Source of the DNA: a virus
Length of the DNA stretch: 64,000 bases
Virus record (IMG/VR): IMGVR_UViG_3300013099_000002
Span: 1-64,000 of that record
Reading direction: 5' to 3' (one strand)
Position numbers and translations under genes: made by a program. Positions 30,866 through 40,112 of this stretch are shown here, one piece after another (positions within the stretch are counted from its first letter, which is position 1; the number at the start of each line of letters is the position of its first letter). A model generated the notes under the pieces. The model made no database searches and was not told the origin of the DNA. It worked only from the letters and a program-made list of their open reading frames with translations.

Positions 30866-31590
30866 ACCTTTTTGCCTTTACGTTTAATAGTTACACCTTT
30901 AGAATTCTTCGGTGCAATTGATTGCAATTTTTCTGCTTCATTAAAGTTCTTTTTAATCTGCAGTTGTTTTTTGGTTTCCCACGCTTTTGCATAGTCAGTA
31001 TCCTCAAACAATTTGGAGAAACCGGTTACATGTTTAAGCTTTAATAGTTCTTCGGGTTCCATGCCCAACTCATTACAAATTTGAGCATCCTCCCAACCAT
31101 TATCAAGCATTTCAAATACCATGCTGGACATACCGTTTACAGAATGCTTCCCCCGTGCCCTATTATGGCGAACTGTTGAGGCCATTCTGTCATTGATGTT
31201 TGAGTTGATTACCACCACCGGTAACTTACCCAAATTCATTTCAGTAATATCCTTATTATTAAGCATAGTGAAGTATCTGTGAAACCCATCAACAATCACA
31301 TAGGTATCAGTTTCTTCATCGTGTATGGTCACTACAGGCTGTGTATAACCATCATGCTTGATAGATGTATGCAATAATTTTAATTCAACGGAAGCAACGC
31401 TATTAGGGTTGTAATCGTTTGGCTTAACTTTCGCAATATCCACCCACCGAATTAAATCTACCGGCTGATGTTTTCGTGGAGAAATACTGTTATGCAAATA
31501 TTCACGCAACTCATAAAGAAATGCATCTTTATCTTTTGCTGAATCGTAAGCCTCTTTTATTTCTTCTTTTAAGTGTTTTTTTATGCTCAT
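30862..31590 (-). CDS. ibrB: IbrB-like ParB/Srx-domain protein
   Basis: PNDYNPNSVA..ELKLL..SI..DGYTQPVV..IVDGFHR..RMASTVRHNRARGKH. Confidence 0.85.
   Translation of the reverse strand: MSIKKHLKEEIKEAYDSAKDKDAFLYELREYLHNSISPRKHQPVDLIRWVDIAKVKPNDYNPNSVASVELKLLHTSIKHDGYTQPVVTIHDEETDTYVIVDGFHRYFTMLNNKDITEMNLGKLPVVVINSNINDRMASTVRHNRARGKHSVNGMSSMVFEMLDNGWEDAQICNELGMEPEELLKLKHVTGFSKLFEDTDYAKAWETKKQLQIKKNFNEAEKLQSIAPKNSKGVTIKRKGKKV
30913..30926. repeat. 14-bp inverted repeat, copy 9
   Basis: TGCAATTGATTGCA. Confidence 0.9.
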
Positions 31591-32746
31591 ATTCTTTTAA
31601 ATCCAAGATGTATTTATTGTTTACGTTATTAGGTCTTTCAACCCCACGAATGAAAGCTCTATATTCACGAACATCAGATATAGTTTCAAAATTACCCAAC
31701 TTTGCCCCTGTATCATTAGTCATTACTGCAACTATATTAGAGCGCAAATACAGGTCTCTAATTAATGGAGACTGATAGTATTTATCATGCCCCTCAAAAT
31801 ATTTTTTAAACTTCCCACGCACCTCAGAATCAGTAACTAAATGCTTAACCAAATAGTCTCGGTATTCCATCCAATCCTTAAACATATAAGGTAATTGTTT
31901 AGGTGGAGAAATGCTTTCCTTCTGTAAATGACCTGCGGTATTTATCCCTTGCAATCGCTTGGTTAGTTTTTCCCAAACCTTCGGGTCAATCTCTTGTAGG
32001 ATATAAAGATTCTGTATAGCAGTTTCATGGTGTAAATTAGAAACCCTCATATTATTTACTGTAATACCATATTGATACATCCTATCGTACAGCTCACAAT
32101 ACTCCCACTTATTATCATGTATAGCCTTCCAAACATCTTTATATCCCCAATCGTAAATAGGGTAAAAAGTGAAATGGTTTAGCTTCTTGGTTAGTATCTT
32201 TCCCCATGTAATAAATTTATAAGTAACCGCACCAGTTAAGCCTAAGTAGCGTGCTGGTGATTCTTGGGTTCTTACACCCCCCAAATTAGCCGTAGATTGC
32301 CCTTTAAATTCTTTTCGGATAATGGCATCAAATAATTCATAAAACCTGTCTGTGCCGTAAGTATTCTCTTTAATACTTATAGGGTCTTTTGGATGCACCC
32401 AGTTTTCTTCTTCACCTTCCTTCCAACAATACAACCAAGGGTCAGTTGTTGAAGTCGAATTAGTTATCTTTATCGGCATCTGGAACCAATAAGGTTTTAT
32501 CCTTGGGTCATGCATTACCTTTTTCATATAGGTTTGCACAAAGCTCCATTCCGCTTCTTGGTCTATAAATATTACATTTAGTGGTAATCGTTTTCTTTCT
32601 TCGGCAACAATTAAGGCCAACTGTAAACAAATTGTGCTATCTTTTCCCCCCGAAAAACTTACTGTTATGTTTTCAAATTCATCATACAAGTATCGAATTC
32701 TATCTAATGCCGCCTCGTATACACTCTTATTAGTAAAAATTTTCAT
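31529..32746 (-). CDS. ibrA: IbrA-like PAPS-reductase-family (PP-loop) protein
   Basis: SFSGGKDS PP-loop; FIDQEAE; GVRTQES..R; YPIYDW...DVW; MRVS. Confidence 0.85.
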   Translation of the reverse strand: MKIFTNKSVYEAALDRIRYLYDEFENITVSFSGGKDSTICLQLALIVAEERKRLPLNVIFIDQEAEWSFVQTYMKKVMHDPRIKPYWFQMPIKITNSTSTTDPWLYCWKEGEEENWVHPKDPISIKENTYGTDRFYELFDAIIRKEFKGQSTANLGGVRTQESPARYLGLTGAVTYKFITWGKILTKKLNHFTFYPIYDWGYKDVWKAIHDNKWEYCELYDRMYQYGITVNNMRVSNLHHETAIQNLYILQEIDPKVWEKLTKRLQGINTAGHLQKESISPPKQLPYMFKDWMEYRDYLVKHLVTDSEVRGKFKKYFEGHDKYYQSPLIRDLYLRSNIVAVMTNDTGAKLGNFETISDVREYRAFIRGVERPNNVNNKYILDLKEYEHKKTLKRRNKRGLRFSKR

Positions 32747-33125
32747 ACACTACCTTGGTATTTTTATTCTTATACATCGCTATTATTTTTGCCCCTGCTT
32801 TCAAGTGTGAGTTTAATGCCATTGGTGTTACGCTTGAATAAATAGTATCAATCGAATTATCCGCAGCAAAAGACTTTATCCTTATTAATGTTTTTGCTAA
32901 GGCACCCCGACCTCTATATCTTGTTGTGACAAAATTATGCATGATATTTCCAGTGGTATTTGAATAAGAAAAACAACAAACACCAACCAAAGTATTGCTA
33001 CTGAATACCCCAAGCCATAAATCCCTTTTCCTGTATTGGAATGTTTGAGGCATCCCTACGAAAACAGAATATTTTTCAGCCTCATCAATAGTAATACTTT
33101 TTATCCGTAAATACCCCCGTTTCAT
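32730..33125 (-). CDS. GNAT acetyltransferase
   Basis: FVTTRYRGRGAL..LI acetyl-CoA-binding motif A. Confidence 0.65.
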   Translation of the reverse strand: MKRGYLRIKSITIDEAEKYSVFVGMPQTFQYRKRDLWLGVFSSNTLVGVCCFSYSNTTGNIMHNFVTTRYRGRGALAKTLIRIKSFAADNSIDTIYSSVTPMALNSHLKAGAKIIAMYKNKNTKVVYENFY

Positions 33126-33412
33126 TTCTCCTTAGCCTTATTTATAAGTCGGGTATATGGTGAGCCATCGGGTCTATTAAGTGGGCAGCCCATAGTCCAG
33201 TAACGGTACCCATCTATAATAAGTATAATATACTGGGTTTTGCCAAACATTACCTTTTTACCATTCTTTCTTATGTACATCACCACGGCACAAAATAAGG
33301 CATCATCCTCCCAATTTTTTCTTAAAGTATAATAGTGAGGATTCTTTGGCATAGACTTAGCGAACGTCCATTTTAATTTTTCAAATATTGCACCAACCTC
33401 TGGATTATCCAT
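33122..33412 (-). CDS. conserved phage protein
   Basis: WTFAKSMPKNPHYY...DGYRYWTMG...LINK. Confidence 0.65.
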   Translation of the reverse strand: MDNPEVGAIFEKLKWTFAKSMPKNPHYYTLRKNWEDDALFCAVVMYIRKNGKKVMFGKTQYIILIIDGYRYWTMGCPLNRPDGSPYTRLINKAKEK

Positions 33413-34017
33413 TAAACCCTCACATCGAAAGTTTCAGCGCAATGAGGGCAAATCACTTCTAAAGTTTCTTCCGTGTTATCTTTGAATTTATCATCCAACT
33501 CTTTAGCCGTTTTATCCATATCACCATCCTCAACTTCTGAGTAATTTTTTGAGGTAGGATTTATCTCCGGTGTAAAACCCGAACCATCCAATTCTGCGGC
33601 CTCAGATAGAGCTAATAATTCTTCTTCAATATCTGCCATGTCTTGTTCACCAAAACCCATTATATTGAAATCAATTTCATCAGATTCTTGTAGTGCAACC
33701 AGCTCCGCATTTAAGGCTTCAACATCCCATTCAGAATTCATAGCTAATTTATTATCAGCTAACATATAAGCACGTTTTTGGATGTCAGATAATCCTTCAA
33801 TTATCACCACCCGTACCTTAGTTTTTTTCAGTAAAGTAAGGGCCTCAAATCGACAATGCCCTGCCAAAATCCCAAAGTTTTCATCCACTACGATAGGGTT
33901 TGTATATCCGAATTCTTCAATGCTCGCAATCACTTCATTCACCTGTTCTTCGGTGTGAATTCGCACGTTATTTTCAGAAGGAATTAGTTGTTTTAGGGGT
34001 ATAATTTTTGTTTTCAT
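33412..34017 (-). CDS. ParB N-terminal-domain protein with acidic linker and C-terminal Zn knuckle
   Basis: NNVRIH..SIEEFGYTNPIVVD..ILAGHCR..AYMLADNK..SEWD; CPHC. Confidence 0.85.
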   Translation of the reverse strand: MKTKIIPLKQLIPSENNVRIHTEEQVNEVIASIEEFGYTNPIVVDENFGILAGHCRFEALTLLKKTKVRVVIIEGLSDIQKRAYMLADNKLAMNSEWDVEALNAELVALQESDEIDFNIMGFGEQDMADIEEELLALSEAAELDGSGFTPEINPTSKNYSEVEDGDMDKTAKELDDKFKDNTEETLEVICPHCAETFDVRV

Positions 34018-34280
34018 AAGGGTCTAATTGTTTTTAATAAAATATTATTAACGCTACACACCGCATATACTGTGGTATACAGCATAACGTCTACAAATTA
34101 ACGTAGAAATGTATCATTATTAGGGCTGTTTTTTATTCACATATTGAAATTATGATTATACACAATATTGATTAACATAGTTATTAAGATGTTCTCTCTA
34201 TACTCTCTATAGTATTCTCTTTAGTTGTTACTTAGTATTCAGAGCTTTTTCCCAACTTTTGAGAATTGGATAATGTTAAG

Positions 34281-34311
34281 AGCCGCCCCCCCGAATGTGA
34301 AGGCGGTTTTT
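34281..34311. terminator. GC hairpin with T-tract on the + strand
   Basis: AGCCGCC...GGCGGTTTTT. Confidence 0.45.
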
Positions 34312-34314
34312 CAG

Positions 34315-34328
34315 TGCAATTGATTGCA
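34315..34328. repeat. 14-bp inverted repeat, copy 10
   Basis: TGCAATTGATTGCA. Confidence 0.9.
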
Positions 34329-34518
34329 AACTACCGTTGTTTTAATCTTTGGTAAGCATTATGTTTTGTTACTTTATCATCAGATAGTATCTTCCCATTA
34401 TTGGAAGGTTTCATTCTTACTTTCGGGTCGTGGCATACATGGCACCAATAACCTATATAACGATAAAGTTTTTCATTATCACCACCGGTAACTCCACACT
34501 CAGGGCAACAGTATTGCA

Positions 34519-34872
34519 TTACCTTTTCCCACCATAATAAGGCATGGCTAAATTCAAATCCAACATTTGCTCATTGAGATTTACATGGTCTACCATAAGG
34601 GTACCCAACAATCGACCATACTTACCAGAATCATCCTTTTCAGTTAGCAGTTCAAAATAACCACTACCATCAACTTTGATTCTGTTTTCCAACCATTCCT
34701 TTGATTCAATACCGTGTACTTTTTCTTCTTTATCCCGTGTACGAGTCTCGGGCGCGTCTATGCCCATTAATCGTATCCGCTTATGGATTGTAAGTTTAAA
34801 TCCTAAATCAATAAAAGCATCCACGGTGTCCCCGTCAACAACCCTATCTAGTTTACATTGATAATGATACAT
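34519..34872 (-). CDS. thermonuclease (SNase-like)
   Basis: RVVDGDT..RIRLMGIDAPE..GKYGRLL. Confidence 0.9.
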   Translation of the reverse strand: MYHYQCKLDRVVDGDTVDAFIDLGFKLTIHKRIRLMGIDAPETRTRDKEEKVHGIESKEWLENRIKVDGSGYFELLTEKDDSGKYGRLLGTLMVDHVNLNEQMLDLNLAMPYYGGKR

Positions 34873-35467
34873 TTTTTAATCCACCTCGTAAAAAGTCATA
34901 AATAACCCAACCCCAAAAAAATTAAAGCAACGTCTACCTATCACCCCTGTGTATACCGTGTCTCTTGTTATATCTTTTTCTAAGCACACGGTAGTTACTT
35001 GAGTAATGCTTGTTCTATTTATAGCTATACGTTCATCAACAAATCTGGGAATAATTATATCCAACAATAATAGTATTGTCTTTTTCATTAGCCTTCTAAA
35101 GTTACGGTAGTGTCAACCACATCTGAATAATCAGCTTCAGTTATCCGTTCTACTTTTATTGGAAACCCTGACCGACCATCCTTAAAAAAATGGATAGGTT
35201 CTTGTGGTACAGGGAAGGTAGCGGCTTCAGATATTTCTGCCACCATTGCACCCGAATATTGCTCTAATACAGTAATTCTATATTTATTCATTAGTTCCTC
35301 TTATTTTTAATCACAAATTACATCACCTGTATAAATTACTTTAGGTTGTTTTGGTTTCGACACCTCCGATTTTATTAATAAAGCCCCCAATAGCATCCCA
35401 GTAGTAATAAGAACCAAGCTAATGCATACCCACCAACCTAACTCTTGTTTTCTGAAAGCAAGGCACA

Positions 35468-35944
35468 TTAAAAATCACCATCAACAATAGTGGTAGAAAT
35501 CCCAGCATCATGGAATACACGTTTAGCTAATTGAGTGCTTTCTTTCCACCGGTCAATAAACTGCGGTTCAGGATGAATCCAAACCACCCGACTAATACCA
35601 GTTTGGGCAACCATAGCGGCACAACCAGCACAAGTAGGATGAGTAGAATAAATCGTAAAGCCGGTTAAATTTACATTAGCAAATAGTATTGCATTGGCTT
35701 CTGCATGAATAGTTAAAGGGTATTTTACGTTCCTATCCCCTAAAGATTCTTCATCATCAATAACCCCCCGTGGAAACCCGTTATAGCCGGTAGCAACAAT
35801 TCTTTGATTAGTGTCAACAATTACCGCCCCAACTTTTGTTGAGGGGTCTTTGCTCCAAGTGCCAATAAGTTGAGCCATCATCAAAAATCGCTTGTCCCAC
35901 TTATCAATCACCCTAGTATCTCTTTCATTCATAGAATCACCCAC
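35468..35944 (-). CDS. dCMP deaminase
   Basis: SKDPSTKVGAVIV, GYNGFPRG, HAEANA, PTCAGC. Confidence 0.9.
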   Translation of the reverse strand: MGDSMNERDTRVIDKWDKRFLMMAQLIGTWSKDPSTKVGAVIVDTNQRIVATGYNGFPRGVIDDEESLGDRNVKYPLTIHAEANAILFANVNLTGFTIYSTHPTCAGCAAMVAQTGISRVVWIHPEPQFIDRWKESTQLAKRVFHDAGISTTIVDGDF

Positions 35945-36518
35945 ATTTGCTTTCTGTTAAAGCCCGTTCTAAAGGCCAACCTCTTTTTATTCTTGATTGT
36001 AGCCTCCCATAAGGCATGTTATATAATTCTGCTAAAGCTTTAATAGTGTATGTGCGTCCTGCGTGTTGTATATTAGTGCTTTTGTTTGAGGCTTGTTCTG
36101 CCGAAGTAGACCATTTGCAATTGGATACCTCGTAGTTACCTTCATTATCAATCCTATCTAAAGTGGTACCTTCTGGCCTAACCCCCATATCATCAAAAAA
36201 CTTTTCAAAAGAATCACGCCAATCAGAACAAATAGTAATACCTCTACCACCATAATTAGAATAGCGGTCATTGTTTTTATTAAAGCACCGTTGCTTCATA
36301 CTATCCCAAGAATTATATTCTCGTTTATGAAAAAAACAACCACTCCTTTTAGACATACCATAACAGTATTTACATTTAGTTGAATTACCTTTCACTAAAT
36401 GAGTAATAATTACAAATTTTTCTAAACCACAACTACATTTAGCTAACCATCTTTTTTTATCAGGATAGTAATCTAATAGAGTCCACTGATTAAAAGTATC
36501 ACCTTTTTTATATTTCAT
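35937..36518 (-). mobile_element. HNH homing endonuclease
   Basis: W.SMKQRC..YGGRGITIC..W..F..F..DMG.RP..TLDRIDNEGNY..NCKW. Confidence 0.85.
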
Positions 36519-36549
36519 AAGTAATCATAACAACATTTAGATTCCTATG

Positions 36550-37272
36550 TCAATTGCAATGGGACTCACCGCAACTTAAACAAGTTTGGCACCCATCCAT
36601 AAGGATAACAGCCTTAACGCTACACTTTGGGCATACAGTGGACTGTGGGGGGTATTCTGCTGTGTTATTATCGTCTGGGTTAGCTTTTTTGTACTCTTCA
36701 CGCTTCTGAGCAATAAATTCTTCCGTGGCTTTATCTTTTTGAACTTCTATAATCCCAATAGCAATTAAATGTTTTTCAAGTATATGCCCAACTTCAGCAA
36801 TTATAGAGGGCATAAATACCCCCCCTTTTTTGAAGTAACCACCGGCAGGGTCAAATACGCTTTTTAGTTCATCTGCTAAAAAGACAACATCGCCACCTTT
36901 TCTAAATACTGCAGATATTACTCTGGTCAAAGCAAATACCCATTGTGCGCTCTCAGGGTCTTTACAGTTGATAAAAATTTCATACGGGTACAGATTACCG
37001 TTTATTTCTTTATCGTTCAAAGTAACGTAATAAGCGAAGTCTTTAACAGGATGTTTGAACTTGTATGTTCGTCCGTTTAGAATCTCATCCCGTTCTATTT
37101 CTTCATGCATCCCTGTTTGTTCACAAATCAACCCTTCTACTTCTTCAGGTTCATCTGTTAATACTTTAAAGCCAACAATTTTCTTGTCAATAACTGTAGG
37201 TGGTGGTTTCTTCTCTTCTTCAGCCATTATTATCTCCGGTGCCGGTAGAAATAGTAATGTTCCCCCGTTCAT
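36550..37272 (-). CDS. nrdJb: class II ribonucleotide reductase small subunit (TSCPD domain)
   Basis: IDKKIVG; PYEIFINCK; ALTRVISAVFRKGGDVVFL..ELKSVFDP.GGYFK; CPKC..MDGC.TCLSCG.S.C. Confidence 0.85.
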   Translation of the reverse strand: MNGGTLLFLPAPEIIMAEEEKKPPPTVIDKKIVGFKVLTDEPEEVEGLICEQTGMHEEIERDEILNGRTYKFKHPVKDFAYYVTLNDKEINGNLYPYEIFINCKDPESAQWVFALTRVISAVFRKGGDVVFLADELKSVFDPAGGYFKKGGVFMPSIIAEVGHILEKHLIAIGIIEVQKDKATEEFIAQKREEYKKANPDDNNTAEYPPQSTVCPKCSVKAVILMDGCQTCLSCGESHCN

Positions 37273-37846
37273 TTAAAAAAGCAATAATGTTTCTTATGCA
37301 TACCAGCTCAATATCATGCACTTCAATATTGAAAGTCAGTTCTGCATCTTTTGGAAATTCGTATGAAGAACTAATGCCTGTAAAATCTTTTAATTTCCCA
37401 GACCGTGCCTTTGCATAATTTCCTTTTGCATCCACGCTTTCACAATATTCTAAAGATGCATTCATGTGAATTTCTATGAATTGGTTTTCTTCCACCGAAT
37501 CCCTAACCATAGCCCTATCAATAAGAATAGGTGAAACCAAAGACACCACTGCAAACATACCAGCGTCTACCAATAATTTTGCCACCTCCCCCACACGCGC
37601 CACATTTTCTGACCGGTCTTTTAAAGAAAAACCTAAATCAGAACAAATACCTTTTCTTAATTCATCACCATCAAGGTTACATGCACCGTAACCCCTCACA
37701 CGAAGTTCATCCACAATCTTTGTAGCCAACATTGACTTACCAGAACCACATAATCCAGTAAGCCAAATAATAGCTGGTTTAGGCTGTGTAATACTCCCAA
37801 TCTGTTTTTCGCCTTCCAACACTTCTCTCCAATCGTTCGGCTTCAT
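37220..37846 (-). CDS. cysC: adenylyl-sulfate (APS) kinase
   Basis: WLTGLCGSGKS, LDGDELR..DLGFS..DRSEN, SP, KG.Y.KAR.G.LKDFTGI.S.YE.P. Confidence 0.9.
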   Translation of the reverse strand: MKPNDWREVLEGEKQIGSITQPKPAIIWLTGLCGSGKSMLATKIVDELRVRGYGACNLDGDELRKGICSDLGFSLKDRSENVARVGEVAKLLVDAGMFAVVSLVSPILIDRAMVRDSVEENQFIEIHMNASLEYCESVDAKGNYAKARSGKLKDFTGISSSYEFPKDAELTFNIEVHDIELVCIRNIIAFLNERGNITISTGTGDNNG

Positions 37847-38045
37847 CCAGTTTGCTTTTTTCTACATACCACAAAATAACAGTAAAAGTAGCACCGGCAT
37901 AAAACCCCAAATAAATAAAACTAAGAACTATCGTTATCATTTCAATAAGAAACCGGATAGCATTACCCACGCCTACAAACAAGGGGGCTATATGTTGTGT
38001 TCGCCCCCTCCTATCTACAAGGCCGGTTCTTCTATTAACCTGCAT
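37779..38045 (-). CDS. small membrane protein
   Basis: Hydrophobic core flanked by RR/DRR motifs. Confidence 0.5.
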   Translation of the reverse strand: MQVNRRTGLVDRRGRTQHIAPLFVGVGNAIRFLIEMITIVLSFIYLGFYAGATFTVILWYVEKSKLDEAERLERSVGRRKTDWEYYTA

Positions 38046-38598
38046 CTTCCATTGCCTTTCGTTCAGCTTCGGTATCCCGATTCAAAGCATCTTCTGTATT
38101 GAATTTTTCTGGGTACCGCGCCAGCAATTTATTGATATTTTTATCCATGCATTCCTCAATAGATACACCAGCATCACGAAGTAAAATAGCATCGTACCAA
38201 AAGCCGTCCCCAACTTCTTCGATAGTATTTTTTACATCATAGTTTTGTTTGTCTGAAGAAACAAAGGCAAATACATTTTCCATCACTTCCCCAGCTTCGG
38301 TTAATTTACCTAGTGCCGCGTGAAGCAAATCAACTTCCCGTGAATCAAACTTTTGCAAAGCTTCAAGTTCATCCGGTTCTAAGGCCATGGTATCGGCATC
38401 AGATAAAATTACCGCGCCATCAACCATAGGCTTACCGTAGTAAATATTCTTTTTTAATGCATCTAATTGCTGGCAAACATCAATAGCTTGTTTAATCACA
38501 TTACCTAAAGATTTTGCTGTGTCACTTGATAGCCCTAAACCATCAGGAAATTTTGATAAGGTGCGTTCCGAATCAACTAAATATTGTTCTGGTGTCAT
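38035..38598 (-). CDS. MazG-like NTP pyrophosphohydrolase
   Basis: LLHAALG..TEAGE..EEVGD..WY..NINKL.ARYPEKF. Confidence 0.8.
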   Translation of the reverse strand: MTPEQYLVDSERTLSKFPDGLGLSSDTAKSLGNVIKQAIDVCQQLDALKKNIYYGKPMVDGAVILSDADTMALEPDELEALQKFDSREVDLLHAALGKLTEAGEVMENVFAFVSSDKQNYDVKNTIEEVGDGFWYDAILLRDAGVSIEECMDKNINKLLARYPEKFNTEDALNRDTEAERKAMEDAG

Positions 38599-38624
38599 AC
38601 GTTGTACTCCTAGTTAAGTTAAAA

Positions 38625-38972
38625 TTAAAACCGGTTTGATTCCATAGGCATATCTTTACAGCCCCCAGTATGTCTTACTTCCTTTACTACTTTTGGTTTT
38701 AGCAGTTTTAGACGTGGCTCATCGAACTGCTGTCTTTCTTTTGGCTTACCATGAGGGTCTAATCCAGACGGTAATACCCCGTAAGCGTTGCAATTAGTTA
38801 GCCATTGCATACGGTATTCTATTACACCTTTAAAGCCGGTAATGTCATCTTTGACCTCATCACCAAGATTAAATTTAAAATCTGTATCGGTATTCGCATC
38901 TTTAACTACTTGTAGTTCAGCTATATCAGTTTTTGCCTTATTACCGAAGATATTTTTTATTGATTCAAACAT
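38625..38972 (-). CDS. conserved phage protein
   Basis: LGDEVKD.ITGFKGV....WLT.C...V.P....FDE.RL. Confidence 0.6.
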   Translation of the reverse strand: MFESIKNIFGNKAKTDIAELQVVKDANTDTDFKFNLGDEVKDDITGFKGVIEYRMQWLTNCNAYGVLPSGLDPHGKPKERQQFDEPRLKLLKPKVVKEVRHTGGCKDMPMESNRF

Positions 38973-38992
38973 TTTGCTTTGTCCATTGGTTT

Positions 38993-39023
38993 AAAAAAAA
39001 TGGTGAGGTTTTTACACCCCACC
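38993..39023 (-). terminator. rho-independent terminator
   Basis: GGUGGGG/CCUCACC stem followed by a U-tract, downstream of the 39043 gene. Confidence 0.75.
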
Positions 39024-39042
39024 GAGTTACCACAGCGCTTGG

Positions 39043-39903
39043 TTAATCCACTTCTGCAGTTAAGGAAACATCAGGCCATAATTCTTCAAATATTTCTAGT
39101 ACCTCTTCCCATGAAGAGCCTTTCATTGTATCTTTTAATGATTTAGGTTTAGGTGCCTTCTTAGGTTTGTTACCAGACAAATATGCCAAACAAATAGATT
39201 CCATTGCCACGTTAGCAAATTCCGTGTCAGCATCATTTTTAGCCTTATCCACGGCATCATTGATGACCTCTTTTTGGTCATCATGCACCTTAAAGGTTAA
39301 GGTTGATAATTTAGTTGATTCTTCCATTGCATCTGGAGCATCTTCATCATCCTCGTCATCAGAGGCAGTCGAACCTTTTTGTTGTTCTTTGATGTAGGCT
39401 TGTAATTGAATCACGGTTAGCTCGGAAGCAATTTCCACCCATTCATCAACATTTTCTTCATTGATAATATCGCACAGTTCTTTCAGTTTAGACCAACCCA
39501 AACCTTCAACCTTTTCCCATGGAATATTAGCTTCAACCAAGCCGTTATAAATCCCAACCATATACATTGCTTTACGATAACCAAGCCCATATTCTTCTTC
39601 AACAAAAGATTTGAAATTATCAAAACCCTCATCAGTGTACCAACCATTTGATTGAATAACCGATAGAACCCCACCCAACTGAAAATATGAAAAGTCAATA
39701 TCTTGAGCCAATTTTGAAACCATGGCATAAGCTTTCACCTTGGTTAAATTTTCAAGTTTGTGAGCGGTATCGACAATTAAATCAGATTTTGCTTTGGTAG
39801 CAGTTTTTGGTTTTACTGCTGTGGTAGTTTTTGGTTTCGCAGTTGTTGTTTTTTTACCTGCCGCAACTTTCGCAGCAGTTGTTGTTTTTTTAGCTTCAGC
39901 CAT
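39043..39903 (-). CDS. putative DNA-binding protein with K/A/T-rich N-terminal tail
   Basis: Start taken at MAEAKK (GGAG SD); helical core F..FVEEEYGLGYRKA; followed by a terminator. Confidence 0.65.
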   Translation of the reverse strand: MAEAKKTTTAAKVAAGKKTTTAKPKTTTAVKPKTATKAKSDLIVDTAHKLENLTKVKAYAMVSKLAQDIDFSYFQLGGVLSVIQSNGWYTDEGFDNFKSFVEEEYGLGYRKAMYMVGIYNGLVEANIPWEKVEGLGWSKLKELCDIINEENVDEWVEIASELTVIQLQAYIKEQQKGSTASDDEDDEDAPDAMEESTKLSTLTFKVHDDQKEVINDAVDKAKNDADTEFANVAMESICLAYLSGNKPKKAPKPKSLKDTMKGSSWEEVLEIFEELWPDVSLTAEVD

Positions 39904-39928
39904 TTTTGTATCTCCAATAATAAAATAA

Positions 39929-39940
39929 ACCATCCATGGT
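39929..39940 (-). promoter_or_regulatory. CsrA/RsmA-type stem-loop ACC-AUGGAU-GGU
   Basis: CANGGANG hairpin upstream of a GGAG SD. Confidence 0.6.
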
Positions 39941-39951
39941 ATAAAGTTTTC

Positions 39952-40080
39952 CTAGTACCCAGTAATTTCAAACACCCAACTGCCGTTTAATTTGTGGCAA
40001 TTAAAAGCCGCCCCTTTTTCAGTTAAGGACATTGCAATTTCAGTCATTTCCAATAAATCGTCAGTTGTGATAGTTTTCAT
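39952..40080 (-). CDS. 42-aa hypothetical protein
   Basis: MKTITTDDLLEM...; directly after a promoter and AACGGATTAAA leader. Confidence 0.55.
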   Translation of the reverse strand: MKTITTDDLLEMTEIAMSLTEKGAAFNCHKLNGSWVFEITGY

Positions 40081-40112
40081 TTTTTTAATCCGTTTCGTTT
40101 AATGTGAGCTTC

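Noticed and set aside
31529-32746. CysH PAPS reductase for sulfate assimilation
   Set aside because: Length, motifs and pairing with IbrB indicate the IbrA family; no C-terminal ECGLH motif
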